From positions 69,697 through 133,696 of IMG/VR virus record IMGVR_UViG_3300037423_000411: a stretch of 64,000 nt of DNA, one strand, 5' to 3'. The translations under genes and the position numbers were made by a program. The notes beneath the pieces are model-generated. The model was not told the DNA's origin. It saw only the letters and a list, made by a program, of their open reading frames with translations, and did no database searches. Shown in pieces: positions 9,351 through 17,480 of the stretch; positions within the stretch are counted from its first letter, which is position 1; each line of letters begins with the position of its first letter. The stretch is from a virus.

Positions 9351-9456
9351 TTGGAACCTCCTCGGAACACGAACCGCCCGTACCACGTCAGGTGATGCGT
9401 GTGCGGTGAGCGATCGTCACAGCCACGGCAACGGCGCGTCCACAGCTTCGCCAGCA

Positions 9457-9720
9457 TCAGCTCTCCTTCTCGGACAGACCGTTGTCCGTGTCGTCCTCAG
9501 GATCGATGCTCTCGCCCATCGCCAGACCCTGTTCGCGCTCGTCCTCGGTCAGGGAACTCAGGACGTCGTGAACATCGACCCACTCGCCGCTCTTCGGCGG
9601 TTCGTCGGGTTCGAGTTCGGTCTCGTCGGTCGTGCCGTTCTCGTAGCTGAACCCCTCAGGGAAGAACTCGACCGGCTTGTCTTGCGCGTCACTCGTAACT
9701 TCAGGATCGGTCTCGCTCAT
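9457..9720 (-). CDS. Highly acidic hypothetical protein
   Basis: ORF track; ATGA overlap; GAGGA SD. Confidence 0.6.
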   Translation of the reverse strand: MSETDPEVTSDAQDKPVEFFPEGFSYENGTTDETELEPDEPPKSGEWVDVHDVLSSLTEDEREQGLAMGESIDPEDDTDNGLSEKES

Positions 9721-9884
9721 CGTGTCCTCTTCTTCGGCTTGTCCTCGACCCAGATGCGCGGGAAGTTCGTCCCGGTGTCGGTCGTCTCCCAGTGTCCCGT
9801 CGACCGATTCCCGTTCGTATCCTTCGTGTCAGCTGTGCGCTTCTTCCGAGGACTCTGACTGCTCTTCTGAGCCTTGTCGGCCAT
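9717..9884 (-). CDS. 55-aa hypothetical protein (MADKAQKSS...GHWETTDTGTNFPRIWVEDK)
   Basis: Manual translation; fills the gap and overlaps the next gene by ATGA. Confidence 0.55.
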   Translation of the reverse strand: MADKAQKSSQSPRKKRTADTKDTNGNRSTGHWETTDTGTNFPRIWVEDKPKKRTR

Positions 9885-10116
9885 ACCCCAGACCTCCCTG
9901 CTCCTTGAACCAGTTCAGGCGCTCACGCGCCTTGTCAGGGAACTTCGTACAGGTCGACAACACGACCCGCATCCAGAACTCCCTCTCGTTGATCAGGTCG
10001 GCCAGCGAGCAGTAGCCCAGAGGGCTGTTCCTCGCCCAGCCGTCCGAATCGTAGATCACGATCCCGTAGTACTGAGCCCACTCCTGACCCGACGTCAGGA
10101 ACTCGTCCACCGTCAC
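9829..10116 (-). CDS. Hypothetical protein
   Basis: GTGA overlap start; WAQYYGIVIYDSDGW...INEREF motif. Confidence 0.6.
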   Translation of the reverse strand: MTVDEFLTSGQEWAQYYGIVIYDSDGWARNSPLGYCSLADLINEREFWMRVVLSTCTKFPDKARERLNWFKEQGGLGYGRQGSEEQSESSEEAHS

Positions 10117-10331
10117 TCGCCTGCGCCTTCTGCTGTGCGCTGACCGTTTACCGTGTCGTCCTCGGTGACCGTCACGTACGACCAGCACTGCGTGTTGTGC
10201 ATCGCGATGCAGTTGATCTTCGCCGCGTCCTTGAAGATCTGAAGGACTCCATTGTCCAACCGGACCACCTTCAGCCCCGAAGGGTAGGTCGCGAACTCGT
10301 GCCCTTCGTCGTTGTACACCCTTACCGTCAT
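10113..10331 (-). CDS. Hypothetical protein
   Basis: GAGGAGG SD; coupled to the next gene. Confidence 0.65.
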   Translation of the reverse strand: MTVRVYNDEGHEFATYPSGLKVVRLDNGVLQIFKDAAKINCIAMHNTQCWSYVTVTEDDTVNGQRTAEGAGE

Positions 10332-10356
10332 CGTCTTCCTCCTCTCACTTGAGCTG

Positions 10357-10521
10357 CTACTTGAACAAGGCGGTCAGGAACGTCAGCACGCTGTCGGCCG
10401 CGTCGCCCAGCTTGCTGAAGGCTTCGCCGACAGCTCCTGCGGCATTGGCCGGTTGCGTCAGGACGAACCACGCGAACAGCGCGATCAACGTCCAGGTGAT
10501 GAGCTTTCCCCGAAGGGTCAT
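10357..10521 (-). CDS. 54-aa membrane protein (MTLRGKLITWTLIALFAWFVLTQPANAA...)
   Basis: Manual translation; ATGA overlap; hydrophobic helix followed by an amphipathic helix. Confidence 0.6.
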   Translation of the reverse strand: MTLRGKLITWTLIALFAWFVLTQPANAAGAVGEAFSKLGDAADSVLTFLTALFK

Positions 10522-10736
10522 GCCTGTCTCCCAGCTCGTTCGAGCAGTACCGCGTACGTGACTGCCGGAACCTCTTCGGTATCTCCGATGTGCCGAACGC
10601 CTGTGTCGATGAACGACCAGTAGGCCAGTCGGCGCGGTAGGTGGTGTGCCGTCGTCATCAGGACCAGTTCACCAGTACGGCTGAGTCGCTCTCGAAGCGA
10701 CATGGCCGGGATGGTCCAGATGGTCTTCAATCTCAT
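10518..10736 (-). CDS. Hypothetical protein
   Basis: GGAGG SD; ORF track. Confidence 0.6.
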   Translation of the reverse strand: MRLKTIWTIPAMSLRERLSRTGELVLMTTAHHLPRRLAYWSFIDTGVRHIGDTEEVPAVTYAVLLERAGRQA

Positions 10737-10941
10737 CTCTGCCTCCGTCAGGGAAACTCACTCGCGTTCGGATTTAAGGGAAAGTTGTGGTGGTCTACGA
10801 CGTTCCGTACGGAGTTTGGGGCCTGCGTGCGACATGTGCCTGAGCGTGAGCTGAGGATTTGTGACAAGACCGTAATACAGGCCTCCGCGGTCTACGTACT
10901 GGATCGGGAGTTGACTCACGACAACCTTTTGGGCACGCCAA

Positions 10942-10965
10942 AGGGGGCAGGTTTCCCTGCCCCCT
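10942..10965 (-). terminator. Intrinsic terminator-like hairpin
   Basis: Minus strand AGGGGGCAGG-GAAA-CCTGCCCCCT followed by TT, just after the stop of 10976..11671. Confidence 0.6.
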
Positions 10966-10975
10966 GAGAGACGTA

Positions 10976-11671
10976 CTAAGCGCGCGCTGCGGCGACCGTG
11001 ACAGCCGCCGTGATCTCGCCGGAACCGGCCGTGCTCTGGTCGTAGTTGTAGCCGAAGCCGTACAGGTAGACCTCGGTGGTGGAATCGACGGTGATCAACT
11101 TGACCGTCGAACCGAACAGGTCGTGGCCCTTCGCCGGGCTGATCGCGACGCCACCGACCGTGCCGACGTCAGTGCCCCACTTCGCGTCACCGCTCAGCGT
11201 CTGGTCCTGACCGAAGCGCAGACCTACCTGCGGCATCGAGCCCTGCGCGCCCGTCACGGTACGGTTGAACACCACCGAGGTGTTGACCAGCCACGTGCCC
11301 TTCGGCAGCGTGAAGTGCCCCAGGGTGGTGAACTGGTCGTCCGACGTCGCGGTGGTGTCGCCGAAGTACTTGCCACCCAGGTGCTCGATCGCGCCGCCAC
11401 CGACGTACTTGACCTCCACACCACCCTTGACGTCCGGAGTGTTCGTGTCCTTCAGGAACGCGTCACGATCGGCCGGGACGATCTTGGACTTCGGCAGGCT
11501 GTTGTCCACGACCTGCAGCGCAGCCACCGAACGCGGGCAGAGCGGGTACATCAGGTTCTTGCAGTCGGGCTGGACAGCAGCGTCGGAGATGACGGCGTAC
11601 CCGAGCAGACCCACGACAGCCACGATACCGGCAGTGAGAATACGACCGGCCGTGCTCTTGATGAAACGCAA
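10976..11671 (-). CDS. Secreted/surface protein with signal peptide
   Basis: Basic N-terminus plus hydrophobic stretch (RILTAGIVAVVGLLGYAVISDAA); beta-rich C-terminal domain. Confidence 0.7.
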   Translation of the reverse strand: MRFIKSTAGRILTAGIVAVVGLLGYAVISDAAVQPDCKNLMYPLCPRSVAALQVVDNSLPKSKIVPADRDAFLKDTNTPDVKGGVEVKYVGGGAIEHLGGKYFGDTTATSDDQFTTLGHFTLPKGTWLVNTSVVFNRTVTGAQGSMPQVGLRFGQDQTLSGDAKWGTDVGTVGGVAISPAKGHDLFGSTVKLITVDSTTEVYLYGFGYNYDQSTAGSGEITAAVTVAAARA

Positions 11672-11695
11672 CGTATTTACTTCCCCTCAAAAGAG

Positions 11696-11720
11696 ACCCC
11701 GACTCGGGTTGAGTCGGGGT
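11696..11720 (-). terminator. Intrinsic terminator right after the tRNA-like RNA
   Basis: ACCCCGACTC-AACCC-GAGTCGGGGT then CTCTTTT on the minus strand. Confidence 0.7.
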
Positions 11721-11821
11721 TGGTGCCCGGAGTCGGACTCGAACCGACACTCGCTCCTTTCAGCCTCCCCCGCCCAGGGAGACCTACTGGGTGCTGCTCT
11801 GACCTATTGAGCTACCCGGGA
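11721..11821 (-). tRNA. tRNA-like RNA (101 nt) with a 32-nt structured insert in place of the anticodon loop; identity uncertain (GUA/Tyr if a 37/38 intron is removed)
   Basis: Acceptor TCCCGGG/TCCGGGC-A-CCA; TA; D arm GCTC-AATAGGTCA-GAGC; anticodon stem GCACC/GGAGC; T arm GTCGG-TTCGAGT-CCGAC; encoded CCA. Confidence 0.75.
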
Positions 11822-11881
11822 CAAGCGAGAGAGGCGCGGACTATTTGGTAGCCGTGCTCGATGTGGCCTCTCTCGGATCGA

Positions 11882-12208
11882 TCAGCCCGCGATCGCGGCA
11901 TGGATGCCGTGATTCGTCCCCCCACAGCTGCACTCACAGTCCGGACTAACCGAGCCCATGCAGTTCTCATCACATGGGATGAACTTGCCTGCCTTCTTGG
12001 CCTTGGCGTACGACACAGCGACCAGCGCTTCGGCGTCGGCCTTGACCTTGCTCCAGATGGCCTTCTCGATCGCAGAGCCCTTCTTCTGAGCCCACGCCTC
12101 CGACCGCTGAGCGCTGTTGTAGACCTGCACCGGCGTGTAGGTCTGCCCGTTCTTGGTCATGTGCTGCAAGGCCTTCAGTGCCTCGCTCGCGTTCGCGTAC
12201 TTGCGCAT
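11882..12208 (-). CDS. Hypothetical early protein with C-terminal Cys cluster
   Basis: CDENC...CECSCGGTNHG; AAGGAGGT SD; downstream of a TTGACA promoter. Confidence 0.75.
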   Translation of the reverse strand: MRKYANASEALKALQHMTKNGQTYTPVQVYNSAQRSEAWAQKKGSAIEKAIWSKVKADAEALVAVSYAKAKKAGKFIPCDENCMGSVSPDCECSCGGTNHGIHAAIAG

Positions 12209-12251
12209 CTTCTTACCTCCTTCGGGGTGAGAGTCCCGTCCTTTGCTTCCG

Positions 12252-12282
12252 AAGTTAGCGGAGCTAGGAGACAGTTGTCAAC
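12252..12282 (-). promoter_or_regulatory. Housekeeping-sigma promoter with overlapping palindromic operator
   Basis: TTGACA-18-TAACTT; operator GGAGAC-AGTT-GTCAAC at 12267-12282. Confidence 0.7.
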
Positions 12283-12766
12283 CTCTCGTCTCGAACTTGG
12301 CCTTCAGCCGCTCGTATTCCTTGCGCTCTTTGTCCGACTGCGCCTGCTGTTGCTTCTGTGCAAGCTTCTCAGCCTTCTCCGTCCACTCGGTGGTCAGCCG
12401 TCGCTTGCACGCCTCCTGATCGGTGACGAAGTCCTCGCTGAGCCAACCGGAGCACGAATCACCGTCGTAGTACTCGCCGCTGAGGAAGATCCTCCCGGCG
12501 CCGCCGTGGTCTACCTCGCGCCAGGTGGTTGAGTAGTTCGGGATCACCGGAGCACGAGATTGGCCGATAACGTCTCGCCAGGGGTACGGCTCACCGTAGG
12601 GCTGAGAAGGCCGAGGATGTGCCTCGCGCCAACGCTGGTCGAACTCCTTGACGAAAACGTTCCACGCCTCGATGTGGGGAGCGAGTTCGGCTACAAGGGC
12701 CTCAGAGAGGTCTTCGACCTCCTTCTTCTTCGTCTCCAGCTCTTCGATCGCTTTCAGTATGTTCAT
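12278..12766 (-). CDS. Hypothetical protein
   Basis: AGGAGG SD; C-terminal ERKEYERLKAKFE. Confidence 0.7.
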   Translation of the reverse strand: MNILKAIEELETKKKEVEDLSEALVAELAPHIEAWNVFVKEFDQRWREAHPRPSQPYGEPYPWRDVIGQSRAPVIPNYSTTWREVDHGGAGRIFLSGEYYDGDSCSGWLSEDFVTDQEACKRRLTTEWTEKAEKLAQKQQQAQSDKERKEYERLKAKFETRG

Positions 12767-12774
12767 GCTTCCTC

Positions 12775-13068
12775 CTAACCAGTGATCTCAGGTGAGTAGT
12801 ACTCGGGCAACGGGATCGGACCGTCGTACATCAGGCAAGGACACTTCAGTCCTTTCGACGCCATGACAGACATGTACGTCGAGACAGCGCACTCACCCTT
12901 GCCACCGTCACGATGCATCCCTCTGGCATGTCCGCACGTACAGACAGGCTTGGGCGCGTCAGCCAACTTCTTACGGTGCCGCTTGTCACGCTCTCCTTGA
13001 ACGAACAGCGTGATCACCACTCCGAGGATGACCCCGAACATGAACAGCGTGGCACCTTCGGCCATCAC
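12775..13068 (-). CDS. Membrane-anchored Cys/His-rich protein
   Basis: N-terminal TM; CTCGH..MH...C...CPC. Confidence 0.65.
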   Translation of the reverse strand: MMAEGATLFMFGVILGVVITLFVQGERDKRHRKKLADAPKPVCTCGHARGMHRDGGKGECAVSTYMSVMASKGLKCPCLMYDGPIPLPEYYSPEITG

Positions 13069-13433
13069 TGCACCTCCAAGAGCTGCATCGCGATCTTCGC
13101 GCCCTTGTAGGCCGCGTTCGCAGGCTCGTCTTCGTCCCTGAACGCCACGACAGGATTGTCGTAGAACTTGTCGTCGTTAACGTCGTAAAACGCTGTGAAC
13201 TGACGCTCGATCTCCTCACGCACCTTCATCAGCCACTCAGCGAGTGAGCTGGGGCCGGGATGGATCACCTCGTGCACGTCGAACATCCGCCCAGCTTCCG
13301 GGCCGCCGTCCTGCGTCAGCTTCTCGCCTACGTGATACGCGCCTTCCTTGAACGAGAAGAAGCCGTAGAACCGAGGTCCTTCGCGGAACGTGTTGTCCTC
13401 GGAATCGTGAGAAGTCCCAATGACGTATTGCAT
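13065..13433 (-). CDS. Hypothetical protein
   Basis: GGAGG SD; GTGA overlap. Confidence 0.65.
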   Translation of the reverse strand: MQYVIGTSHDSEDNTFREGPRFYGFFSFKEGAYHVGEKLTQDGGPEAGRMFDVHEVIHPGPSSLAEWLMKVREEIERQFTAFYDVNDDKFYDNPVVAFRDEDEPANAAYKGAKIAMQLLEVQ

Positions 13434-13437
13434 GTTT

Positions 13438-13854
13438 TCACCCCCTCCGTTCCAGGTAAGGCTGCTTCGGAGTGTTCCAGATACGGTTCACCGAGAAGTG
13501 CAGCGGGCCGAACGAGAAGCTCACGAACCACCGATCCTCGGACCAGTCCGACCCGTACTGACGCTCGTAGTTCGGCCCAAGACCCCAGCTGTCCCACAGC
13601 AGGCTGAGAGAGACCCAGTAGTGCGGGTCGTTGTAGCTCGAATACCACTCCCAGAAGGCTTCACCATCAGGGTTGCGCATCGATCGACGCTCAAGCCACG
13701 ACCAGTTGTGCGGTACGAAGTCCTCCACGTCCTCGTCGGTGTGCAGTCGATGACCTTCGATCTCTTGTTCGGTCTTCCAGCAGTACTGCTCATCGAAGTT
13801 CAGCCGACGCACGATGACGTCTGACTCGCCCCGAACCGTTGCCGTACCCCACAT
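13438..13854 (-). CDS. Trp-rich hypothetical protein
   Basis: Start trimmed to the TGATG-coupled ATG (MWGTAT). Confidence 0.6.
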   Translation of the reverse strand: MWGTATVRGESDVIVRRLNFDEQYCWKTEQEIEGHRLHTDEDVEDFVPHNWSWLERRSMRNPDGEAFWEWYSSYNDPHYWVSLSLLWDSWGLGPNYERQYGSDWSEDRWFVSFSFGPLHFSVNRIWNTPKQPYLERRG

Positions 13855-14069
13855 CAGAGGGTGCCCACCTTCCCTTGCGCCTGCTCGTCCAGTTCCGCAG
13901 CCGCGACAGGCTTTCGAGACAACGCCTGCCGGACCTTCTTGCCCCAGGTCACGTAGCTGTAGAACGCAAAGCTCACGTAACCGAACCGCCACCACGAATC
14001 CACGTAGTCCAACGGAACCTCAGAAACGACCTTGACGCCAGATGGCGCGGTCGTGTGGTACGTCTTCAT
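13854..14069 (-). CDS. Hypothetical early protein
   Basis: GAGGAGG SD before ATG 14069 (MKTYHTT), downstream of a promoter. Confidence 0.65.
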   Translation of the reverse strand: MKTYHTTAPSGVKVVSEVPLDYVDSWWRFGYVSFAFYSYVTWGKKVRQALSRKPVAAAELDEQAQGKVGTL

Positions 14070-14109
14070 CGAAGCCTCCTCGGTGAGAGGTGAGAGTCCC
14101 TCTACATGA

Positions 14110-14151
14110 AGAGTAGCCCTGAGGGTGACAACTGTCAACTTCAGGGCTACT
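14110..14151 (-). promoter_or_regulatory. Housekeeping-sigma promoter with operator inside a 40-bp near-perfect palindrome
   Basis: TTGACA-17-TACTCT; operator GGTGAC-AACT-GTCAAC at 14124-14139; arms AGTAGCCCTGA/TCAGGGCTACT. Confidence 0.75.
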
Positions 14152-14210
14152 GCTTGAGCACGGCGCGACTACACTTGGGCATCCTCAACACAATGGCGCC
14201 GTGAGGTCTC

Positions 14211-14504
14211 TTACCTCGCGCAGTGCGGGTCGCTCGCCAGCACCGTCACACCGGACGGCTGAGGATCGGTCTCTGCGACACCTCGACTGGTGACGTACAC
14301 ACCCACCGATCCGTAGCACGTGAACGCGATGTTGCGGAACCCGTCCGGCATCTTGATGACCTGCGTGTGCGTGCCGTTGATGATGTCACTCGGACTAGGC
14401 TCCGGTGCATCGGCCTTGGTGCCGCACGACACGAGATTGAGCGCTGCTGCAACGAAAAGACCTCCTGTCAGGACCTGCAGCACGTCCTTTCGAGTCACGC
14501 TCAC
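14211..14504 (-). CDS. Lipoprotein
   Basis: Signal peptide with lipobox LVSC. Confidence 0.7.
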   Translation of the reverse strand: MSVTRKDVLQVLTGGLFVAAALNLVSCGTKADAPEPSPSDIINGTHTQVIKMPDGFRNIAFTCYGSVGVYVTSRGVAETDPQPSGVTVLASDPHCAR

Positions 14505-14770
14505 TCCTCGCCCTCCTTCGGCTTCGGGAGCGGACCACGGTTCGTGATCGACGGAGGCGCCGTGTAGAGCCGTGCCGTCTCGTGCAGCGAAGAAACCTGC
14601 CGCGCAAGATCGTCCTCGAACTCCAGCGACATGCGCTTCGCACTTTCCGGGTCGAACTTCTGGTCCCGGATCACGTCGTCGTAGAACGAGTTCGTAACCG
14701 GAAGGGTCACAGTCGTTTCGATCGGAGAAGCCTCGACAACCTCAGGCTCTTTCTCCATTACCTTCACCAA
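14501..14770 (-). CDS. Hypothetical protein
   Basis: GGAGG SD; GTGA overlap. Confidence 0.6.
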   Translation of the reverse strand: MVKVMEKEPEVVEASPIETTVTLPVTNSFYDDVIRDQKFDPESAKRMSLEFEDDLARQVSSLHETARLYTAPPSITNRGPLPKPKEGEE

Positions 14771-14999
14771 CTTCTGCCTCCGTGGTTTCGTAATCCACAG
14801 CGATGATCTCTGCTGACACAGGCATCGCCACGCGCGGCTGAGTGGCCGCCATCTGACACGCGATAAGACGCGCTTCGTTCTCGACTCGTTCCTGTGTTTT
14901 GTTGCTCATGTCAACAGCAACGATGCAGTAGATCGAGTCGTCACGCTTCGGAGGACGAGAGAGCGCCACACCGACGTCAACAGTGAACGTCGCGAACAC
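14742..14999 (-). CDS. Hypothetical protein
   Basis: AGGAGG SD; EARLIACQMA motif. Confidence 0.6.
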   Translation of the reverse strand: MFATFTVDVGVALSRPPKRDDSIYCIVAVDMSNKTQERVENEARLIACQMAATQPRVAMPVSAEIIAVDYETTEAEVGEGNGERA

Positions 15000-15008
15000 A
15001 TCTGCCTC

Positions 15009-15104
15009 CTACGAACGGGAAAGAAGGACACCCCAGGACCAAGCTGCGTAAACAAGCAACGAAGCGATGGTCACTGGGATGCCGTACTGCCTCAAGTACC
15101 GCAT
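15009..15104 (-). CDS. 31-aa hydrophobic peptide, probably leaderless
   Basis: MRYLRQYGIPVTIASLLVYAAWSWGVLLSRS; ATG is 7 nt after the -10-like hexamer. Confidence 0.4.
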   Translation of the reverse strand: MRYLRQYGIPVTIASLLVYAAWSWGVLLSRS

Positions 15105-15111
15105 TGCCCCA

Positions 15112-15142
15112 GTTCTAACGGATAGAGGTGACAGTTGTCAAC
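15112..15142 (-). promoter_or_regulatory. TTGACA promoter with operator
   Basis: TTGACA-18-TAGAAC; operator GGTGAC-AGTT-GTCAAC at 15127-15142. Confidence 0.6.
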
Positions 15143-15324
15143 TAATCGTCTCTGCGTGAGCGTTCTGCTTCAACTTCTTCCTCAGGCAGCACGTACTGTG
15201 ACCCAATACGGCGAGCGCCCGGAAACACGTTGTTCCTGATCTTCTTGTTGATCGACTGACGCGTCAGTCCCAGCAGCTCTGCTGCGTCGGACGCCACGAT
15301 CCACCCCTCTAGCGGGGGGATCAT
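15142..15324 (-). CDS. Small HTH DNA-binding protein (excisionase/MerR-like)
   Basis: ASDAAELLGLTRQSINKKIRNNVFPGARRIGSQYVL; ATGA overlap with the primase-domain gene. Confidence 0.75.
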   Translation of the reverse strand: MIPPLEGWIVASDAAELLGLTRQSINKKIRNNVFPGARRIGSQYVLPEEEVEAERSRRDD

Positions 15325-15965
15325 AGAATCCTGCTCATCCGAGTTAGCGCTTCCCTGAACCATGCCCGGACACCTCCCTCTTCTCTCGCTCTCAGTACTT
15401 CGTCCAGTCGTTCGAGTTCGACTTCCATCGCCTGTGTGACATCTGGATCGAACTGTCTCATCGTGTAACTCTCGTGCCGCTCCAGAGCGGCCTGTAGAGC
15501 CGCCACAGCGTGTGTAGGTGATCCTGCCTCCTGCACCTTGGTCGCTTGGTCCAGGACAAGCTGCTGCATCCTGACCCAATACGGCTCACGCTTCGCCAGC
15601 CCGTACTGCTCAGCCAGAATCCGCGCTGCTCGACGCTGCGTGACTTCATTACGGAGTTGCACCAGCCTGACCGGAGTCAAGAACCCGTGCATGGCGAAGC
15701 AGTAGGCCGAGTTGGAGCCGTACACACGCATGTTGCGTTCGACTCCTCCGTCCGGATGTTCGAAGCCAAAGGGGCACGTTGTCTTCCAAGACCGGTCCAG
15801 ACCACCTGGCACATAGATGCCGAAGAGATCCTTGAGCACGGTTTGAATCGGCACAGTGTTGGACTTGTCGACTTCGGCACGAAGAGCCTTGAGACGTGGG
15901 TCATCGACCGGCTTACGCCGGTACATCTCCGCGCCTCGAAGTTCCAACTCAGCCTCCTGATACAC
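15321..15965 (-). CDS. Primase CHC2-like zinc-binding domain protein without TOPRIM
   Basis: TCPFGFEH...AYCFAMH...TPVRLVQ...AARILAEQYG; next to dnaB. Confidence 0.65.
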   Translation of the reverse strand: MYQEAELELRGAEMYRRKPVDDPRLKALRAEVDKSNTVPIQTVLKDLFGIYVPGGLDRSWKTTCPFGFEHPDGGVERNMRVYGSNSAYCFAMHGFLTPVRLVQLRNEVTQRRAARILAEQYGLAKREPYWVRMQQLVLDQATKVQEAGSPTHAVAALQAALERHESYTMRQFDPDVTQAMEVELERLDEVLRAREEGGVRAWFREALTRMSRIL

Positions 15966-15975
15966 CTCGAACGTA

Positions 15976-15991
15976 GTTTACACCCGTAAAC
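15976..15991. promoter_or_regulatory. Palindromic operator copy
   Basis: GTTTAC-ACCC-GTAAAC in the dnaB/primase intergenic gap. Confidence 0.6.
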
Positions 15992-16007
15992 CGCTACTGC
16001 CTAGTAC

Positions 16008-17480
16008 TCAATCGTTCAGCCAGCTCATCATGTCGACAGTGCCTCCGAAGGTCCCCGTGGAGTTACCGGACGAAGACAGAAGGTCAAGAGAAGACGAGCC
16101 GCCGTCGAATTCACCGAGGTAGGCGTTGCGGTAGTCGACACTCATCGTGAACACCGGAGGGATCTCGCCGTCACGGTTCTTGAGGAACTGGCCCTTGGTC
16201 ACGTTCGGATTGTCGTCCGTGTGCAGTAGCGCGACGATCTGATCGGGGGTCTTCTCGGCCTCGCTGGTATCCGCGAGATTGGCCAGCTGGTACTGCCCGG
16301 CCAAAATGGCGTCCTTGAAGGCCTTCTGAGACATCTGCCAGGGGCTGAGGATCGGAACACCCTTGCCGTCATAGAAGGACGTAGCGAGGACCTTGGAGTC
16401 CTTCAGGATGTCGTTCAGCTCTTCGCGGTTGTTGTCCCGTCGCCGGTCAGGCTTGAGCAGGGCCAGATAGTCGATGCCGACAAGATTGATCTCCCACAGC
16501 TCGCCCTGCCGCTTCATCTTCGCCTCGACGTAGCCGAGCGTCGCACCACGCGGCACCTGAGCGATGTACTGCTTGCCGTAGCTGGAGTTGTAGTACATGT
16601 CCTCCAGCACGTCCTGAAAGACCTTCTCCTGCTCCGGATCGAGCGTCGCATCACGGATGTCTCGGACGTTCAAGCCCTTCGGGTAGTTGAACTGAGGCAA
16701 CCGGCTGTGCCGTGCGATCAAACGTCGGCGCACTTGCCCACGCACGGTCTCCGACGTTGCCAGCAAGAAGTTCTTGCCCTGCATCACCGAGACATCCCAA
16801 CAGATCTGAGTCAGGAGCTGACTCTTGCCATTGCCGGTGTACGCCGCGATGAGTCCCAGCTCGCCATTCTGGAAACCACCTGTCACGAGATCCACGGACG
16901 GGATACCTGACAGGATGCCGATGCCTGAGTCGCCCGACTTCTTGTCGGCGTACTCCTGCAGAACGTCATCCTTCTCCAGCCGAATGTCACCTTCAGGAGC
17001 GGACTCGTGGTTGTTGAGCTTGTCGATCTCTCCTAGTTCGCTGTAGAGGAAGTCGCGGGCATCCTGATGCCCTTGGAGCTTCCGGTCCTGCAGGCTGACA
17101 CCATGCTGCAAGATCTCGAACGACGTCGCGATCGCTTCGCCCGTGCGCTGCTTCGATCGCAGATCTTTGAGCGCATCCACGGCGTAGCGGAACTCATGCT
17201 CAGCAGGCTGATAGCTCGCGAGATCGGCATAGGCCTGCTCGTACAGCAGCTGCTTGGACTCGTCCACCTCGGAGCGAGACAAGAGGTCGGAGAAAGTTGC
17301 TACCGGCAATACATCACCGGTGATGTCGTAATACTTCTCCAATAGCTCGAAGATCTTACGCGTTGTCGATTCGTCCGGGTCGCCGAAATGCTCCGGTTCC
17401 AGGTGATGCTGAGCGTAAAGCCAGAGATCACGTCGATCAGGAACAATGCCAGCAAGGACGGTACGCCGGTGATCTGACAT
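16008..17480 (-). CDS. dnaB: DnaB-like replicative helicase
   Basis: SGIPSVDLVTGGFQNGEL, Walker A AAYTGNGKS, GIDYL, WQMS, LADTSEAEK, KNRDG. Confidence 0.9.
   Translation of the reverse strand: MSDHRRTVLAGIVPDRRDLWLYAQHHLEPEHFGDPDESTTRKIFELLEKYYDITGDVLPVATFSDLLSRSEVDESKQLLYEQAYADLASYQPAEHEFRYAVDALKDLRSKQRTGEAIATSFEILQHGVSLQDRKLQGHQDARDFLYSELGEIDKLNNHESAPEGDIRLEKDDVLQEYADKKSGDSGIGILSGIPSVDLVTGGFQNGELGLIAAYTGNGKSQLLTQICWDVSVMQGKNFLLATSETVRGQVRRRLIARHSRLPQFNYPKGLNVRDIRDATLDPEQEKVFQDVLEDMYYNSSYGKQYIAQVPRGATLGYVEAKMKRQGELWEINLVGIDYLALLKPDRRRDNNREELNDILKDSKVLATSFYDGKGVPILSPWQMSQKAFKDAILAGQYQLANLADTSEAEKTPDQIVALLHTDDNPNVTKGQFLKNRDGEIPPVFTMSVDYRNAYLGEFDGGSSSLDLLSSSGNSTGTFGGTVDMMSWLND

Noticed and set aside
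15142-15324. Excisionase implying an integration module or prophage boundary
   Set aside because: No integrase, att site or host genes in the window; lifestyle cannot be determined
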